The position numbers and the translations under genes were made by a program. A DNA stretch of 56,392 nucleotides from contig JAACWA010000015.1 in the NCBI GenBank assembly GCA_009992175.1, forward strand, positions 1 through 56,392, written 5' to 3'. This document shows positions 47,376-56,392 of the stretch, piece by piece. A model generated the notes under the pieces. That model was not told where the DNA came from. It saw only the letters and a program-made list of their open reading frames with translations, and searched no databases. Every line of letters starts with the position of its first letter. The first letter of the stretch is position 1. Origin of the DNA: an archaeon. GTDB lineage: Archaea; Nanobdellota; Nanobdellia; Pacearchaeales; GW2011-AR1.

Positions 47376-49571
47376 ATGGTAGAAAAAGAAACAAGCTTAG
47401 AGAAGATTCAAAGACTGATTTCAAAGCAAGAAAGTATCAGAAACGTTGCGACTTCTGCACATATTCACCACGGTAAAACTGCTTTTACAGATAATTTACT
47501 TGCTGCAGCTGGAATGATGGCTTCGAAAAATGCAGGAGACTTAGAAGATGGGATGGCCACTTGGCAACATTCAGATGAACAAGAGAGACTTATGACTGTT
47601 GACGCTGCAAATGTTTCTATGGTTCACAACTACCAAGACCATGAATATTTAATTAATCTAATTGATACCCCTGGACACGTTGATTTTGGGGGAAATGTTA
47701 CTCGTGCAATGAGGGCAATTGATGGAACTTTTGTTTTGATTTGTGCTGTTGAAGGGATTATGCCTCAAACTGAAACTGTTTTAAGGCAAGCCTTAAAAGA
47801 AAGAGTAAAACCTGTTTTATTTATTAATAAAGTTGATAGACTGATTAACGAACTTAAATTTACTCCTGAACAAATGCAAGAGAGGTTTATGAAATTAATT
47901 GAAAACTTTAACCACCTAATTGAACAAATTGCAGAAAAAGAATTTGCAGAAAAGTGGAGAGTTAGTGTTAATGATGGAAGTGTTGCTTTTGGTTCGGCTA
48001 GGGAAAATTGGGCACTTTCAATGCCTTTTATGCAAAAAAAGAAAATTAGTTTTAAAGATATTTATAATATTTACGATGAAAACATTCCAAAAGAAGAAAG
48101 AAAAAAATGGGTTTGGGAAAACGCTGCCTTGTTTGAAGTAGTTTTGGATATGGCAGTAAAACATTTGCCTGATCCACTCGAAGCACAAAAATATAGAATC
48201 CCCAAAATTTGGCATGGAGATGAATCCTCTGAATTTGGAAAATCTCTTTTAAGTTGTGATGGCAAAGGAGAACTTGGATTTGTTGTAACAAGAATTGTAA
48301 TTGACCCCCGTTCAGGAAAAGAAATTTCTGCTGGAAGAATTTATTCTGGAACAATGAGAAGTGGGATGGATGTATATTTTAATAATGCGGGTAAAACGGG
48401 AAAAATCCAACAAGTTTTAGTTTATAATGGAATTAAACCAGAACAATTAGAGAGTGTTCCTGCTGGAAATGTTCTTGCAATAAGTGGAATTGATGTTGAT
48501 GTTGGAGAAACAGTTACTGAAAAAGAACAAACTCCATTTGAAGAAATTAAACACATTTTCCAACCCGTTATTACTAAATCTATTGAAGTAGTCAAAACTC
48601 AAGATTTACCAAAATTAATTGAAATTTTAAGAAAAGTTGCAAAAGAAGATCCTTCAATAAAGGTAACTATTAATGAAGAAACAGGAGAATCTTTACTTTC
48701 AGGTATGGGAGAACTTCATTTAGAGATTATTGAAAATAGAATTAAAACTGAAAAAGGTTTAGAAGTAAAAACTTCTGCTCCAATTGTTGTTTATAGAGAA
48801 AGTGTTTTGAAATCTTCAACTCCTAGTGAAGGAAGAAGTCCAAACAAACACAACAGCTTTTTTATAAAAGTTGAGCCTTTGCCTCAAGATCTTTTTGAAT
48901 TAATTGAAAAAGGGGACTTGTCAGAAGGAAGGGTTAAGAAAAAGTCTGACCAGGTTACTAAAGCCTTATCTGGAATAGGATGGGGAGCAGACGAAATTAG
49001 AAATGTAAAAGATGTTTACAAAGGAAATATGTTATTTGATGAAACACGTGGAGAAGTTCATATCGGTGAAGTAATTGAAATGATTATGGATGCATTTGAG
49101 ATGGTTATGGACCAAGGTCCACTTTCAAGAGAACCTTGTATGAATTTGAAAGTAACTTTAACTGATATTAAACTTCATGAAGATGCAATCCACCGTGGAC
49201 CAGCACAAGTTTATCCTGCGGTAAGAGATGCGATAAAAGAAGCTTTCAAGAGTGCAAGCCCTATTCTTCTTGAACCTTTACAAGTTCATATGCTTGAAGT
49301 TCCAGAAGCTCTTATGGGTTCAGCTTCAAAATTAGTTGGAAGTAAAAGGGGACAATTACTTGATATGAATCAAGAAGCTGGAACAATGATTTTAGAAGCA
49401 AAAATTCCAGTTGCTGAAATGATTGGTTGGGCAAGCGACTTTAGAAGTGCAACTGAAGGTAGAGGAGTTTCATCTCTTAGAGATCAAAGTTTTGAAAGAA
49501 TGCCCGCTTCACTTCAACCAGATGTTATTAAGTCTATTAGGGACAGAAAGGGACTTTCAGAAAATCAGTAA
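47376..49571 (+). CDS. fusA: Elongation factor EF-2
   Basis: AHIHHGKT, DTPGHVDF, NKVD, GMGELHLE, diphthamide loop DAIHRG. Confidence 0.98.
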   Translation: MVEKETSLEKIQRLISKQESIRNVATSAHIHHGKTAFTDNLLAAAGMMASKNAGDLEDGMATWQHSDEQERLMTVDAANVSMVHNYQDHEYLINLIDTPGHVDFGGNVTRAMRAIDGTFVLICAVEGIMPQTETVLRQALKERVKPVLFINKVDRLINELKFTPEQMQERFMKLIENFNHLIEQIAEKEFAEKWRVSVNDGSVAFGSARENWALSMPFMQKKKISFKDIYNIYDENIPKEERKKWVWENAALFEVVLDMAVKHLPDPLEAQKYRIPKIWHGDESSEFGKSLLSCDGKGELGFVVTRIVIDPRSGKEISAGRIYSGTMRSGMDVYFNNAGKTGKIQQVLVYNGIKPEQLESVPAGNVLAISGIDVDVGETVTEKEQTPFEEIKHIFQPVITKSIEVVKTQDLPKLIEILRKVAKEDPSIKVTINEETGESLLSGMGELHLEIIENRIKTEKGLEVKTSAPIVVYRESVLKSSTPSEGRSPNKHNSFFIKVEPLPQDLFELIEKGDLSEGRVKKKSDQVTKALSGIGWGADEIRNVKDVYKGNMLFDETRGEVHIGEVIEMIMDAFEMVMDQGPLSREPCMNLKVTLTDIKLHEDAIHRGPAQVYPAVRDAIKEAFKSASPILLEPLQVHMLEVPEALMGSASKLVGSKRGQLLDMNQEAGTMILEAKIPVAEMIGWASDFRSATEGRGVSSLRDQSFERMPASLQPDVIKSIRDRKGLSENQ

Positions 49572-49573
49572 AA

Positions 49574-49933
49574 ATGAATATAAAAAATTCACCTAAAAAA
49601 ATAGATTCTTGGATTAAGGCAATAGTTATTATTTATTACATTTACTTTGGAATTTCCATATTAACCTTAATTGAAGGAATCTTGACGGGAAACCTTACAC
49701 TTATAGCTTTTGGAATAATTTTTGGAATGATTTCTTTTTTTGTCGCAAGAGGATTATCCAAAAAAAAGGAATGGGCTAGAATTACCATCATTATTTTGGC
49801 GAGTCTTGAGTTGTTGGGCCATATTTATTCAATACTAAATGGAAATTCTTGGCATTTATTTGGAGTAGCATTGAATGGATTTATTTGGAGCTACCTTTTA
49901 CTTAATAAAAAGGTTATAAAACAATTTATTTAG
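49574..49933 (+). CDS. Four-TM membrane protein
   Basis: Hydrophobic helices; GL..KK.WAR. Confidence 0.6.
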   Translation: MNIKNSPKKIDSWIKAIVIIYYIYFGISILTLIEGILTGNLTLIAFGIIFGMISFFVARGLSKKKEWARITIIILASLELLGHIYSILNGNSWHLFGVALNGFIWSYLLLNKKVIKQFI

Positions 49934-49980
49934 AATTTCTTCGAATATAAATTTTTAAACTCGAACTTCTTTAATTTTTG

Positions 49981-50871
49981 ATGTCAATAAAGACTTTTTG
50001 GAAGAAATCGGTTGTTAATAAATTATTAATTATAATTCCTTTAGTTTGGGTAGCTCTTGCTATTGTTTTTGGAATTTATGATTTAGAAATCTCAAAATTT
50101 CTTTTTAATTCAAATTCTGGAATTGCAAATTTAGTTGAAAATTTTGGAGAAATTCCTGGAATTCTTTTTGGTCTTTTTGCAATTTTTACCCTTGGTACAA
50201 ACTTAAAAATTAGAAAACTCTCTCACCGTAAACTTTTTTTCTTGGGAGAAATTCTTGGTTTATCATTTCTTTTTATTTATTTAATTAAAATTTTCTTTGA
50301 TTATTTTAATGTGAATTTTCAATTTATGTCTATATACGGAATCACCCTTGGACTTATTTTTATTTTAATTTCCCTCATCTTTTTTTATTTATTTAATACT
50401 AAATGGGACAAATTTTCTAAAGAAAATTATCTCTTTGCTAAAGTAGGAGTTATGACATTTATTATTTCGGGTGTTCTCGTCGAAGCTTTAAAATTTATCT
50501 GGGGAAGGGTAAGGTATGAAAATGTTTTAGCAAATGCTGGAAATTTTACCGAATGGTATTTACCCCAAGGAATTACTGGAAACTATTCATTTCCCTCGGG
50601 ACATGCTTACTTAGGATGGATTTTAATTCCCCTAATCCTAATTTTTATGAATAAAAATAAAATTCAAAAATGGATTATTTTTGGATTAACTATTCTCTTT
50701 GGACTTTTTGTTTCTTTTGAAAGGGTAGTTTATGGGGCACATTATGCATCCGATATTTTATTTTCTTCAGGAATTGTGATTGTTACCTTCTTGATTTTAT
50801 CTAAGAGATTTTTCTTCGAAAAGAATAATTTATCGACGGAAAAAAAGAAAAAAATTAAAAAAAGAAAGTAA
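49981..50871 (+). CDS. PAP2 family membrane phosphatase
   Basis: K...GRVR, SFPSGH, ER...GAHY.SD. Confidence 0.9.
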   Translation: MSIKTFWKKSVVNKLLIIIPLVWVALAIVFGIYDLEISKFLFNSNSGIANLVENFGEIPGILFGLFAIFTLGTNLKIRKLSHRKLFFLGEILGLSFLFIYLIKIFFDYFNVNFQFMSIYGITLGLIFILISLIFFYLFNTKWDKFSKENYLFAKVGVMTFIISGVLVEALKFIWGRVRYENVLANAGNFTEWYLPQGITGNYSFPSGHAYLGWILIPLILIFMNKNKIQKWIIFGLTILFGLFVSFERVVYGAHYASDILFSSGIVIVTFLILSKRFFFEKNNLSTEKKKKIKKRK

Positions 50872-50908
50872 TCGAAAGATTTATAAATATAAATTTTCAT
50901 AATCAATT

Positions 50909-52192
50909 ATGGCAAAAGCAAAACCAAGTATGAATGTTGTATTCGTTGGACATGTTGACGCAGGTAAATCAACTTGTGTTGGTAGAATGATGTTTGACGG
51001 TGGAGCAGTAACTGAACAAGAAATGAAGAAGCTTAAAGAAGAAGCTGTTAAAAATGGTAAAGCTGGTTTTGAATTCGCTTATGTAATGGATAACATTAAA
51101 GAAGAGAGAGAAAGAGGAGTTACAATTGACCTTGCTTATAAAAAATTAGTAACTGATAAGTATGAAATTACAATTATTGATGCACCTGGTCACAGAGACT
51201 TTGTAAAAAACATGATTACTGGTGCTTCACAAGCTGATGCTGCTTTCTTAGTTATTGCTGCACCTAGTGGAGTTCAACCTCAAACTACTGAACACTTATG
51301 GCTTCTTCGAACAATGGGAGTAAAGAACCTTTGTATTGCAGTTAATAAAATGGATGCGGTTAACTATGATGAAGCAAAATTCAATTCTGTAAAAGAAGAT
51401 GTTTCGAAATTACTTCAACAAGTTGGAATCAAAGCAGACTCAACAACCTTTGTTGCTTGCTCTGGACTTATGGGAGACAATATTATTAAAAAATCTGATA
51501 AAATGGCTTGGTATAAAGGACCAACAATAAGAGAACAAATTGATTTGTTCCCTGCTCCTGAATCACCAACTAATTTACCAATGAGAATGCCTGTTCAGGA
51601 TGTTTATGAAATTACTGGTATTGGAACTGTTCCTGTTGGAAAAGTTGAAACTGGTATTATGAAAATTGGACAAAAAGTTAAAGTTCTTCCAGGTAGAACT
51701 GGTGAAGGAATCCAAGGTGAAATAAAAACTATTGAAGCTCATCACGAAACACTTCCGATAGCAGAAGCTGGAGAAAATGTTGGAGTTAATGTTAGAGGAA
51801 TTGGAAAAAAGGATATCGCAAGAGGAGATGTTATTTGTGACGCTGCTTTCCCTGTTCCAATTGTTGAAGAGTTCGTTGCACAAATTGCAGTAATCAACCA
51901 CCCAACAGTTTTAGCTAAAGGATACACTCCTGTATTTCACATTCACACTGCTCAAGTTCCTTGCCAATTTATTGAATTGATTGCACAAATTGATCCAAGA
52001 ACGGGTGAAACAATAAAGGAAAATCCAGACTTCTTAAAGAATGGAGATGTTGCTAAAGTAAGAATAAAACCCCAAGGAAGACTTGCTATTGAAACTCAAA
52101 AAGAAAACCCTTATATGTCAAGGTTCGCCGTAAGAGATGCTGGTGCAACTGTTGCTGCTGGTGTTTGCTTAGAAATTACTAAGAAAAAGTAA
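50909..52192 (+). CDS. tuf: Elongation factor EF-1alpha
   Basis: GHVDAGKST, ERERGVTID, DAPGHRDF, NKMD. Confidence 0.98.
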   Translation: MAKAKPSMNVVFVGHVDAGKSTCVGRMMFDGGAVTEQEMKKLKEEAVKNGKAGFEFAYVMDNIKEERERGVTIDLAYKKLVTDKYEITIIDAPGHRDFVKNMITGASQADAAFLVIAAPSGVQPQTTEHLWLLRTMGVKNLCIAVNKMDAVNYDEAKFNSVKEDVSKLLQQVGIKADSTTFVACSGLMGDNIIKKSDKMAWYKGPTIREQIDLFPAPESPTNLPMRMPVQDVYEITGIGTVPVGKVETGIMKIGQKVKVLPGRTGEGIQGEIKTIEAHHETLPIAEAGENVGVNVRGIGKKDIARGDVICDAAFPVPIVEEFVAQIAVINHPTVLAKGYTPVFHIHTAQVPCQFIELIAQIDPRTGETIKENPDFLKNGDVAKVRIKPQGRLAIETQKENPYMSRFAVRDAGATVAAGVCLEITKKK

Positions 52193-52317
52193 TTTTTCTG
52201 AAATAAAATATTCTTATTAGATTAATTTATACAATTCATTAAATACTCAATATTTGTTGAATCTATCATGAGATAGATTGATAATAAAAAGGGGATGGTG
52301 AAATTTTTGAAAAAAAT

Positions 52318-52548
52318 TTGTCAAATGGTCAAAATGCCAAAGATTTATACAAAGTATTATTAAATCAAAGTTACCCAAAAAGTATGATAAATGCGGGGTA
52401 TAATAAAGCAATGGATAACTTAAATAAAACAAAACAAGCCCAGATGGAATCATTCGCTCCAAAAAAAATGGAAATTGTTACTTTCTCAATTGTTCAAGAT
52501 AAACCAAGTTTTTTCGATAAAGTTAAAAATAAATTTAGAAAAAATTAG
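52318..52548 (+). CDS. Hypothetical protein (start uncertain)
   Basis: TTG-start ORF; an out-of-frame ATG at 52295 lies before T5/A7 runs. Confidence 0.35.
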   Translation: MSNGQNAKDLYKVLLNQSYPKSMINAGYNKAMDNLNKTKQAQMESFAPKKMEIVTFSIVQDKPSFFDKVKNKFRKN

Positions 52549-52605
52549 AATTTTTTGAATATAAATTCTTATTTTAATAGTTAATGAGGATTATTAATTA
52601 TAAAA

Positions 52606-53016
52606 CTACTTTGAATCTCTTACCTCTACTTGGTTAGAAATTTTATTCTCTGATTTTGATAAATAAATTGAATATCCCATCAAAAAAAGATTGTATAAAA
52701 GCATTATTACTGGAAAAATTCCCATTCCAATTATAATTACAGAAATTAACAACATTAATCCCCCAAAAACTGAAGTGATAATTGACAAAATAGGTAAGAG
52801 ATAATATTTTTTACCTAGTTCCTTAATCAAGGAATAAACAAGATAAATTATAGAGAGTAACAAAAAAATAATCTGGAGATAAATAAAAAAATTTGCCCAT
52901 GGGCCCCATGAAAAAGTTCCACCTCCATCAGTCAAAAGACTTCCCAATTTTAAAATGAAAAGTAGGGAATAAACAAAAACAAAAGTGAGATAATATCCAG
53001 TAAATTTATCCTTCAT
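52606..53016 (-). CDS. Four-TM membrane protein
   Basis: Hydrophobic helices; upstream TATA. Confidence 0.6.
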   Translation of the reverse strand: MKDKFTGYYLTFVFVYSLLFILKLGSLLTDGGGTFSWGPWANFFIYLQIIFLLLSIIYLVYSLIKELGKKYYLLPILSIITSVFGGLMLLISVIIIGMGIFPVIMLLYNLFLMGYSIYLSKSENKISNQVEVRDSK

Positions 53017-53063
53017 AATATTTTATTTAATATAAAATAGTATATAAGCCTTTTCCAAACACC

Positions 53064-53303
53064 GAGTCTGGGACAAAACTCCCTAAGAATCACTAAAATT
53101 TTGTTTTTTATATTTTTATTATATCTCTTTCTTCTGGTCGGGATAATGCTTTATTATTTTTAAGGAAAATTATAAATTATAACAAAAAGATTTATTTAAT
53201 TGCAAGATTTTAAAGAGGATGTTAACAATAGTGAAAGAAAATAGTGCTTTCAATTAAAAGTTCTTCTTAAATTAGAGATTATCTCTAGTTTTGTCCTAGA
53301 ACC
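53064..53303 (+). mobile_element. MITE / internally deleted IS (240 bp)
   Basis: TIRs GAGTCTGGGACAAAACT (53064-53080) and AGTTTTGTCCTAGAACC (53287-53303), 14/17 match; direct repeat CCAAACACC at 53055-53063 and 53304-53312. Confidence 0.88.
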
Positions 53304-53347
53304 CCAAACACCCAAATTTTTAAAAATTGTTTTTATGTAGTCTATTT

Positions 53348-53620
53348 ATGAAAAATCTTATTTCTTTTTTAAAGAAATATAAAGAGGAATTTGTTGAAGG
53401 GTATAATGGTCAAAAAGAAATTACTGAAAACATTTTATCTGAATACGGAAGTTATGTGTTCCAAAATAGAGAAAAATTAGTTTATTTTTTTAATTCTTCA
53501 GAAAATTCTAAATTTAAAAAGTATGGAATTGAGGCATATAACTTTACCCACACTCCAAAAACATGTGAAACTAATTTTTTTATAGTTAACTATATTCTCT
53601 CACATCCGGGAATATTTTAA
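53348..53620 (+). CDS. Hypothetical protein
   Basis: ATG 53348 with TATA about 25 nt upstream. Confidence 0.5.
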   Translation: MKNLISFLKKYKEEFVEGYNGQKEITENILSEYGSYVFQNREKLVYFFNSSENSKFKKYGIEAYNFTHTPKTCETNFFIVNYILSHPGIF

Positions 53621-53658
53621 ATATAAATCTTTAAGAATTTTAAACAAGTTTATTTTTT

Positions 53659-53802
53659 ATGGAAAAACTGTCTATTCTAGAAAGTTTGACTGATTGCTAC
53701 CTTACTTATCTAAAATTGGGAAGTGAAGGATATGCCATAGGATTTAGTAATGAACTCTCTGAAGAAGTAAAAAGTGTTTATTTGTTTGAAAAAGGAAGTT
53801 AA
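53659..53802 (+). CDS. Small hypothetical protein (47 aa)
   Basis: MEKLSILESLTDCYLTYLKLGSEGYAIGF...; fills the intergenic gap. Confidence 0.35.
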   Translation: MEKLSILESLTDCYLTYLKLGSEGYAIGFSNELSEEVKSVYLFEKGS

Positions 53803-53842
53803 AAATTAATTCATTCTGATAAAGATTTTTTATTGTTTAAGT

Positions 53843-54295
53843 ATGAGACTATTAAAAATGAAAAAAGAAATTGAGAACATCTTAAACGAATTAACTGAAT
53901 CTAAAGAACTTGAAAACTTTGGGATTGATAAGGCGAGTCTTGAAAAAATGATTACTTATGGGAAAAAACTTTTTCCCTTTCCTAAAGATGAAAAGAAAGA
54001 AAGAAACCTTGTTACAAAGTGTATGTCAACCGTTTATTTAATTGGAAATAAAAAAGAGGGAAAAATGAATTACCTTGCAACATCTGATTCTGCTTTTGTA
54101 AAGTCTGAACTTTATTTTATTCTTACTTTTTTCAATGAACTAGCTCCTGAAGAAATTCTTTCTGAAAATGTTAAAAAAGAATATAACCAATTCTTTTCTG
54201 AATTGCAAAAATTAGTTCCAATGAGTATGAACAGGCAACAAGGTTTTGAAGGAGCTTATGAAAGGATTATAGAGATTGCTAAAGATAATTTGTGA
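53843..54295 (+). CDS. SufE-like Fe-S metabolism protein
   Basis: YGKKL...NLVTKCMSTVY...SDS.FVK...PEEIL...S.NR..G. Confidence 0.75.
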   Translation: MRLLKMKKEIENILNELTESKELENFGIDKASLEKMITYGKKLFPFPKDEKKERNLVTKCMSTVYLIGNKKEGKMNYLATSDSAFVKSELYFILTFFNELAPEEILSENVKKEYNQFFSELQKLVPMSMNRQQGFEGAYERIIEIAKDNL

Positions 54296-54697
54296 TTATT
54301 TTTTCTGATACTTATTTTTTAAATATCTTGCAATCATGATATTTTCACTTATTGGTTTCATTTCGTCATCAAAAAGTTTTATTTTGACTAGTTGCTCATT
54401 AAGAAAATTATCCATTGTAATTGATCTGCTAAAATTTCTTTCTTCCTTAATTCTCCCCATAAAACCCTTTTTTTCAACTCTAAGTTCTAAATTTTTTTCT
54501 CCTAAAATATTTTCATTAAATCCGACAATTTTTGGAGGCTCTTTGTATAATTTGGAATATTCTTCCTTTACATCATTTAAGACTTCATCTTCTGAGTTAT
54601 AAACAAAAAAAGAATATCTATTTGATTTGGGGGTTTTTCCAGAACCGGAATCTCCACCAGATGCCATGTATCCAATTGCTACATCTGTTAAATTCAT
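54296..54697 (-). CDS. Hypothetical protein
   Basis: 133-aa ORF with upstream TATA. Confidence 0.5.
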   Translation of the reverse strand: MNLTDVAIGYMASGGDSGSGKTPKSNRYSFFVYNSEDEVLNDVKEEYSKLYKEPPKIVGFNENILGEKNLELRVEKKGFMGRIKEERNFSRSITMDNFLNEQLVKIKLFDDEMKPISENIMIARYLKNKYQKK

Positions 54698-54777
54698 AAA
54701 AATAATTCAAGAATAGACTTTTTAAGGATTATTATAATTCAATAAATCTTTTTAATAAAAATCCTTAAAAAGAGGGG

Positions 54778-55359
54778 ATGATTTCATTTAGTATGAGTTT
54801 ACTTGACAAAAATATGCATAAACAAGATGTTGAAAAATTTCTTGAAGGAAAGGGAGATTATATTCAAGTTGATCACTTGGAGCGTTATTTGAAACTTATG
54901 CCTCCAATTGAAATGAGAAAATTTGCTTATTTGAAACTTGCTCAAATTTATTTGAATAAAGAGATGTATTCAAGTGCTGCTGAAGCTTTTAAGAATGCTG
55001 CAGTAAACTCTGTAATTTTCAGGGAAAAACAAGAAAACTTTCTGAATGAAGCAAAAGCTTACGTTTCTGAGGGAAAAATTGATGAAAGTGATAAAGCCCT
55101 AAAAAAAGCACTTGATGAAGGAAACAAACAAGAAAAAGAAGCCCTATACTCAGAATTTCTTAAATTTTTCAGAAGTGAAATTGAAAAAAGAGAAAAACAA
55201 AACAAACCAGGACATTTAATTAAACTTTATGAAAAATTTTTAAGGCTTAAAGTTGAAGAACCTGAAAAAGAAGAAACAAAGGAAAAATTGCTCAAAGTTT
55301 ATGATAAACTTGGAAAAGTTAAAGAAGCTCGGATTTTAAGGGAAACTGGAAAGGCCTAA
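54778..55359 (+). CDS. TPR-like helical protein
   Basis: AYLKLAQIY...AAEAF; YDKLGK..EA. Confidence 0.6.
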   Translation: MISFSMSLLDKNMHKQDVEKFLEGKGDYIQVDHLERYLKLMPPIEMRKFAYLKLAQIYLNKEMYSSAAEAFKNAAVNSVIFREKQENFLNEAKAYVSEGKIDESDKALKKALDEGNKQEKEALYSEFLKFFRSEIEKREKQNKPGHLIKLYEKFLRLKVEEPEKEETKEKLLKVYDKLGKVKEARILRETGKA

Positions 55360-55811
55360 GAAAAATTAAATCCTAATTTTAATTTTTCTTCTAATTCTAC
55401 GGAACTTTTTTCTGGAGCAATTGGCCCTTGAAGATCATAATCCACAACCGATATTTCTGCATCTTTTGGGGAATAGATTACCATCAAATCATAAATTCTA
55501 TCTCCATCTTTAAGGGGTTTTTTTTCTTGTAACTTTAAAAAAGAATAGTCATAATCAAATACAAAAGAGTTACTTAAATCAGACATTCTTCCTTTCAAAA
55601 TTTCAAGTTCATGATAAATTAATGATGGCTTGAAACTTATTACCACAGAACCGTAGAGAAATACTCCTGGGGGCAAAAGAGTTTTAGTTGATTTAATCTC
55701 ATCTAAATTCTCCAAAAAATCATTAATTGTTTTTGCAAAGTAATAACTTGGTAAAAAGGGACTTTTCCATGCTCCCATGGTATTTTTTAAATAATCTTTT
55801 AGGTTTATCAT
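55356..55811 (-). CDS. Hypothetical protein
   Basis: Start reassigned to ATG 55811 (TATA near 55833-55842). Confidence 0.5.
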   Translation of the reverse strand: MINLKDYLKNTMGAWKSPFLPSYYFAKTINDFLENLDEIKSTKTLLPPGVFLYGSVVISFKPSLIYHELEILKGRMSDLSNSFVFDYDYSFLKLQEKKPLKDGDRIYDLMVIYSPKDAEISVVDYDLQGPIAPEKSSVELEEKLKLGFNFS

Positions 55812-55906
55812 TAAAAAGGGCCGGATATGGATTTTATAAATATTTCTTAAAAATCCGTTTTGGACCATAAAAACCTTTAAAAACCAAATTACCCATAGAT
55901 TTCTAT

Positions 55907-56025
55907 TAGAAAAATATCTTAAGTTAAGATTATTATTCACTTTCACGCTCACATTCAATCAAAATAGTAAGTTTTGATAAATTGGTAGTTCGTAGATATT
56001 TTTCTAGAAAGTCCTTAAGGACTTT
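55907..56025 (+). ncRNA. Candidate structured RNA / dnaG leader
   Basis: 13-bp inverted repeat 55907-55919/55994-56006, inner hairpin 55958-55978, 18-bp palindrome 56008-56025; begins about 25 nt after TTTAAAAA. Confidence 0.45.
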
Positions 56026-56102
56026 ATTAATTAAATAGGAGAAAAAAATAAAATGGCAAAAGTAAATCATAGATTTTCATTATCCATTTTTGAGAAATCA
56101 AA

Positions 56103-56392
56103 ATGGCTAAAGTAAGTCCAGTATCCATTAAATATATGATTCATGCTAGTTTGAACGCTGAAGGTGCTCTTGAAAAGCCAGACGTAATTGGAGCGCTATT
56201 TGGTCAAACAGAAGGACTTTTAGGTGCTGACCTTGAAATGAGGGAACTTCAAAAAGAAGGAAAAATTGGAAGAATTGAAGTAGAACTTGAAAGGCAAGAC
56301 AAAAGAACACTTGGAACAATTAAAATTCCAACAGCGCTTGATCAGTCTGAAACAACTTTAATTGCTGCCGCACTTGAAACAATTGAAAGAGT
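56103..56392 (+). CDS. dnaG: Archaeal DnaG (primase-like, exosome-associated), partial at the window end
   Basis: KYMIHA...G.LEKPDVIGALFGQTEGLLG.DLEMRELQK.GKIGRIEV...AALETIERV. Confidence 0.95.
   Translation, partial: MAKVSPVSIKYMIHASLNAEGALEKPDVIGALFGQTEGLLGADLEMRELQKEGKIGRIEVELERQDKRTLGTIKIPTALDQSETTLIAAALETIER

Noticed and set aside
52260..52279. Hairpin AATCTATC-ATGA-GATAGATT after tuf
   Set aside because: A single 8-bp AT-rich stem could arise by chance; no supporting context
365..54602. Many short ORFs overlapping longer genes (e.g. 365-592, 13828-14136, 19861-20169, 48052-48354, 51575-51901)
   Set aside because: They are antisense or alternative-frame shadows of well-supported genes
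55812..55958. N-terminal extension of ORF 55356-55958
   Set aside because: It spans two divergent TATA boxes and the dnaG leader; ATG 55811 fits better
1..56392. CRISPR array, rRNA, prophage or integrase
   Set aside because: No regularly spaced repeats, no rRNA-like tract and no phage or integrase motifs were seen, including next to the tRNAs

Overview
AT-rich archaeal chromosomal segment, most consistent with a DPANN lineage such as Pacearchaeota. This is inferred from TATA-box promoters, L35Ae/L10e, EF-2/EF-1alpha, a thermosome, a class III pilin, archaeal DnaG, an unsplit RpoB and a fused RpoA'/A''. Core content: the rpoH-rpoB-rpoA-nusA-rps12-rps7-fusA-tuf cluster (interrupted by orphan genes and two apparent pseudogenes), three tRNAs (Gly-GCC, Val-TAC, Lys-TTT), a short GluRS, and a dNTP/dTTP island (NrdR with operator boxes, class II RNR, cobalamin adenosyltransferase, kinase-dCMP deaminase fusion, Tmk-like protein, ThyA, FolA, thioredoxin). 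Most unusual observations: (1) a tightly coupled four-gene surface operon led by a protein that looks like a Gram-negative 8-stranded outer-membrane beta-barrel; (2) two paralogous nucleotidyltransferase-HEPN-like proteins near a metal-dependent TIM-barrel protein and uncharacterised genes; (3) a 240-bp MITE with TIRs and a 9-bp target duplication; (4) a structured RNA-like leader upstream of dnaG. All calls come from manual motif recognition; no database searches were run.
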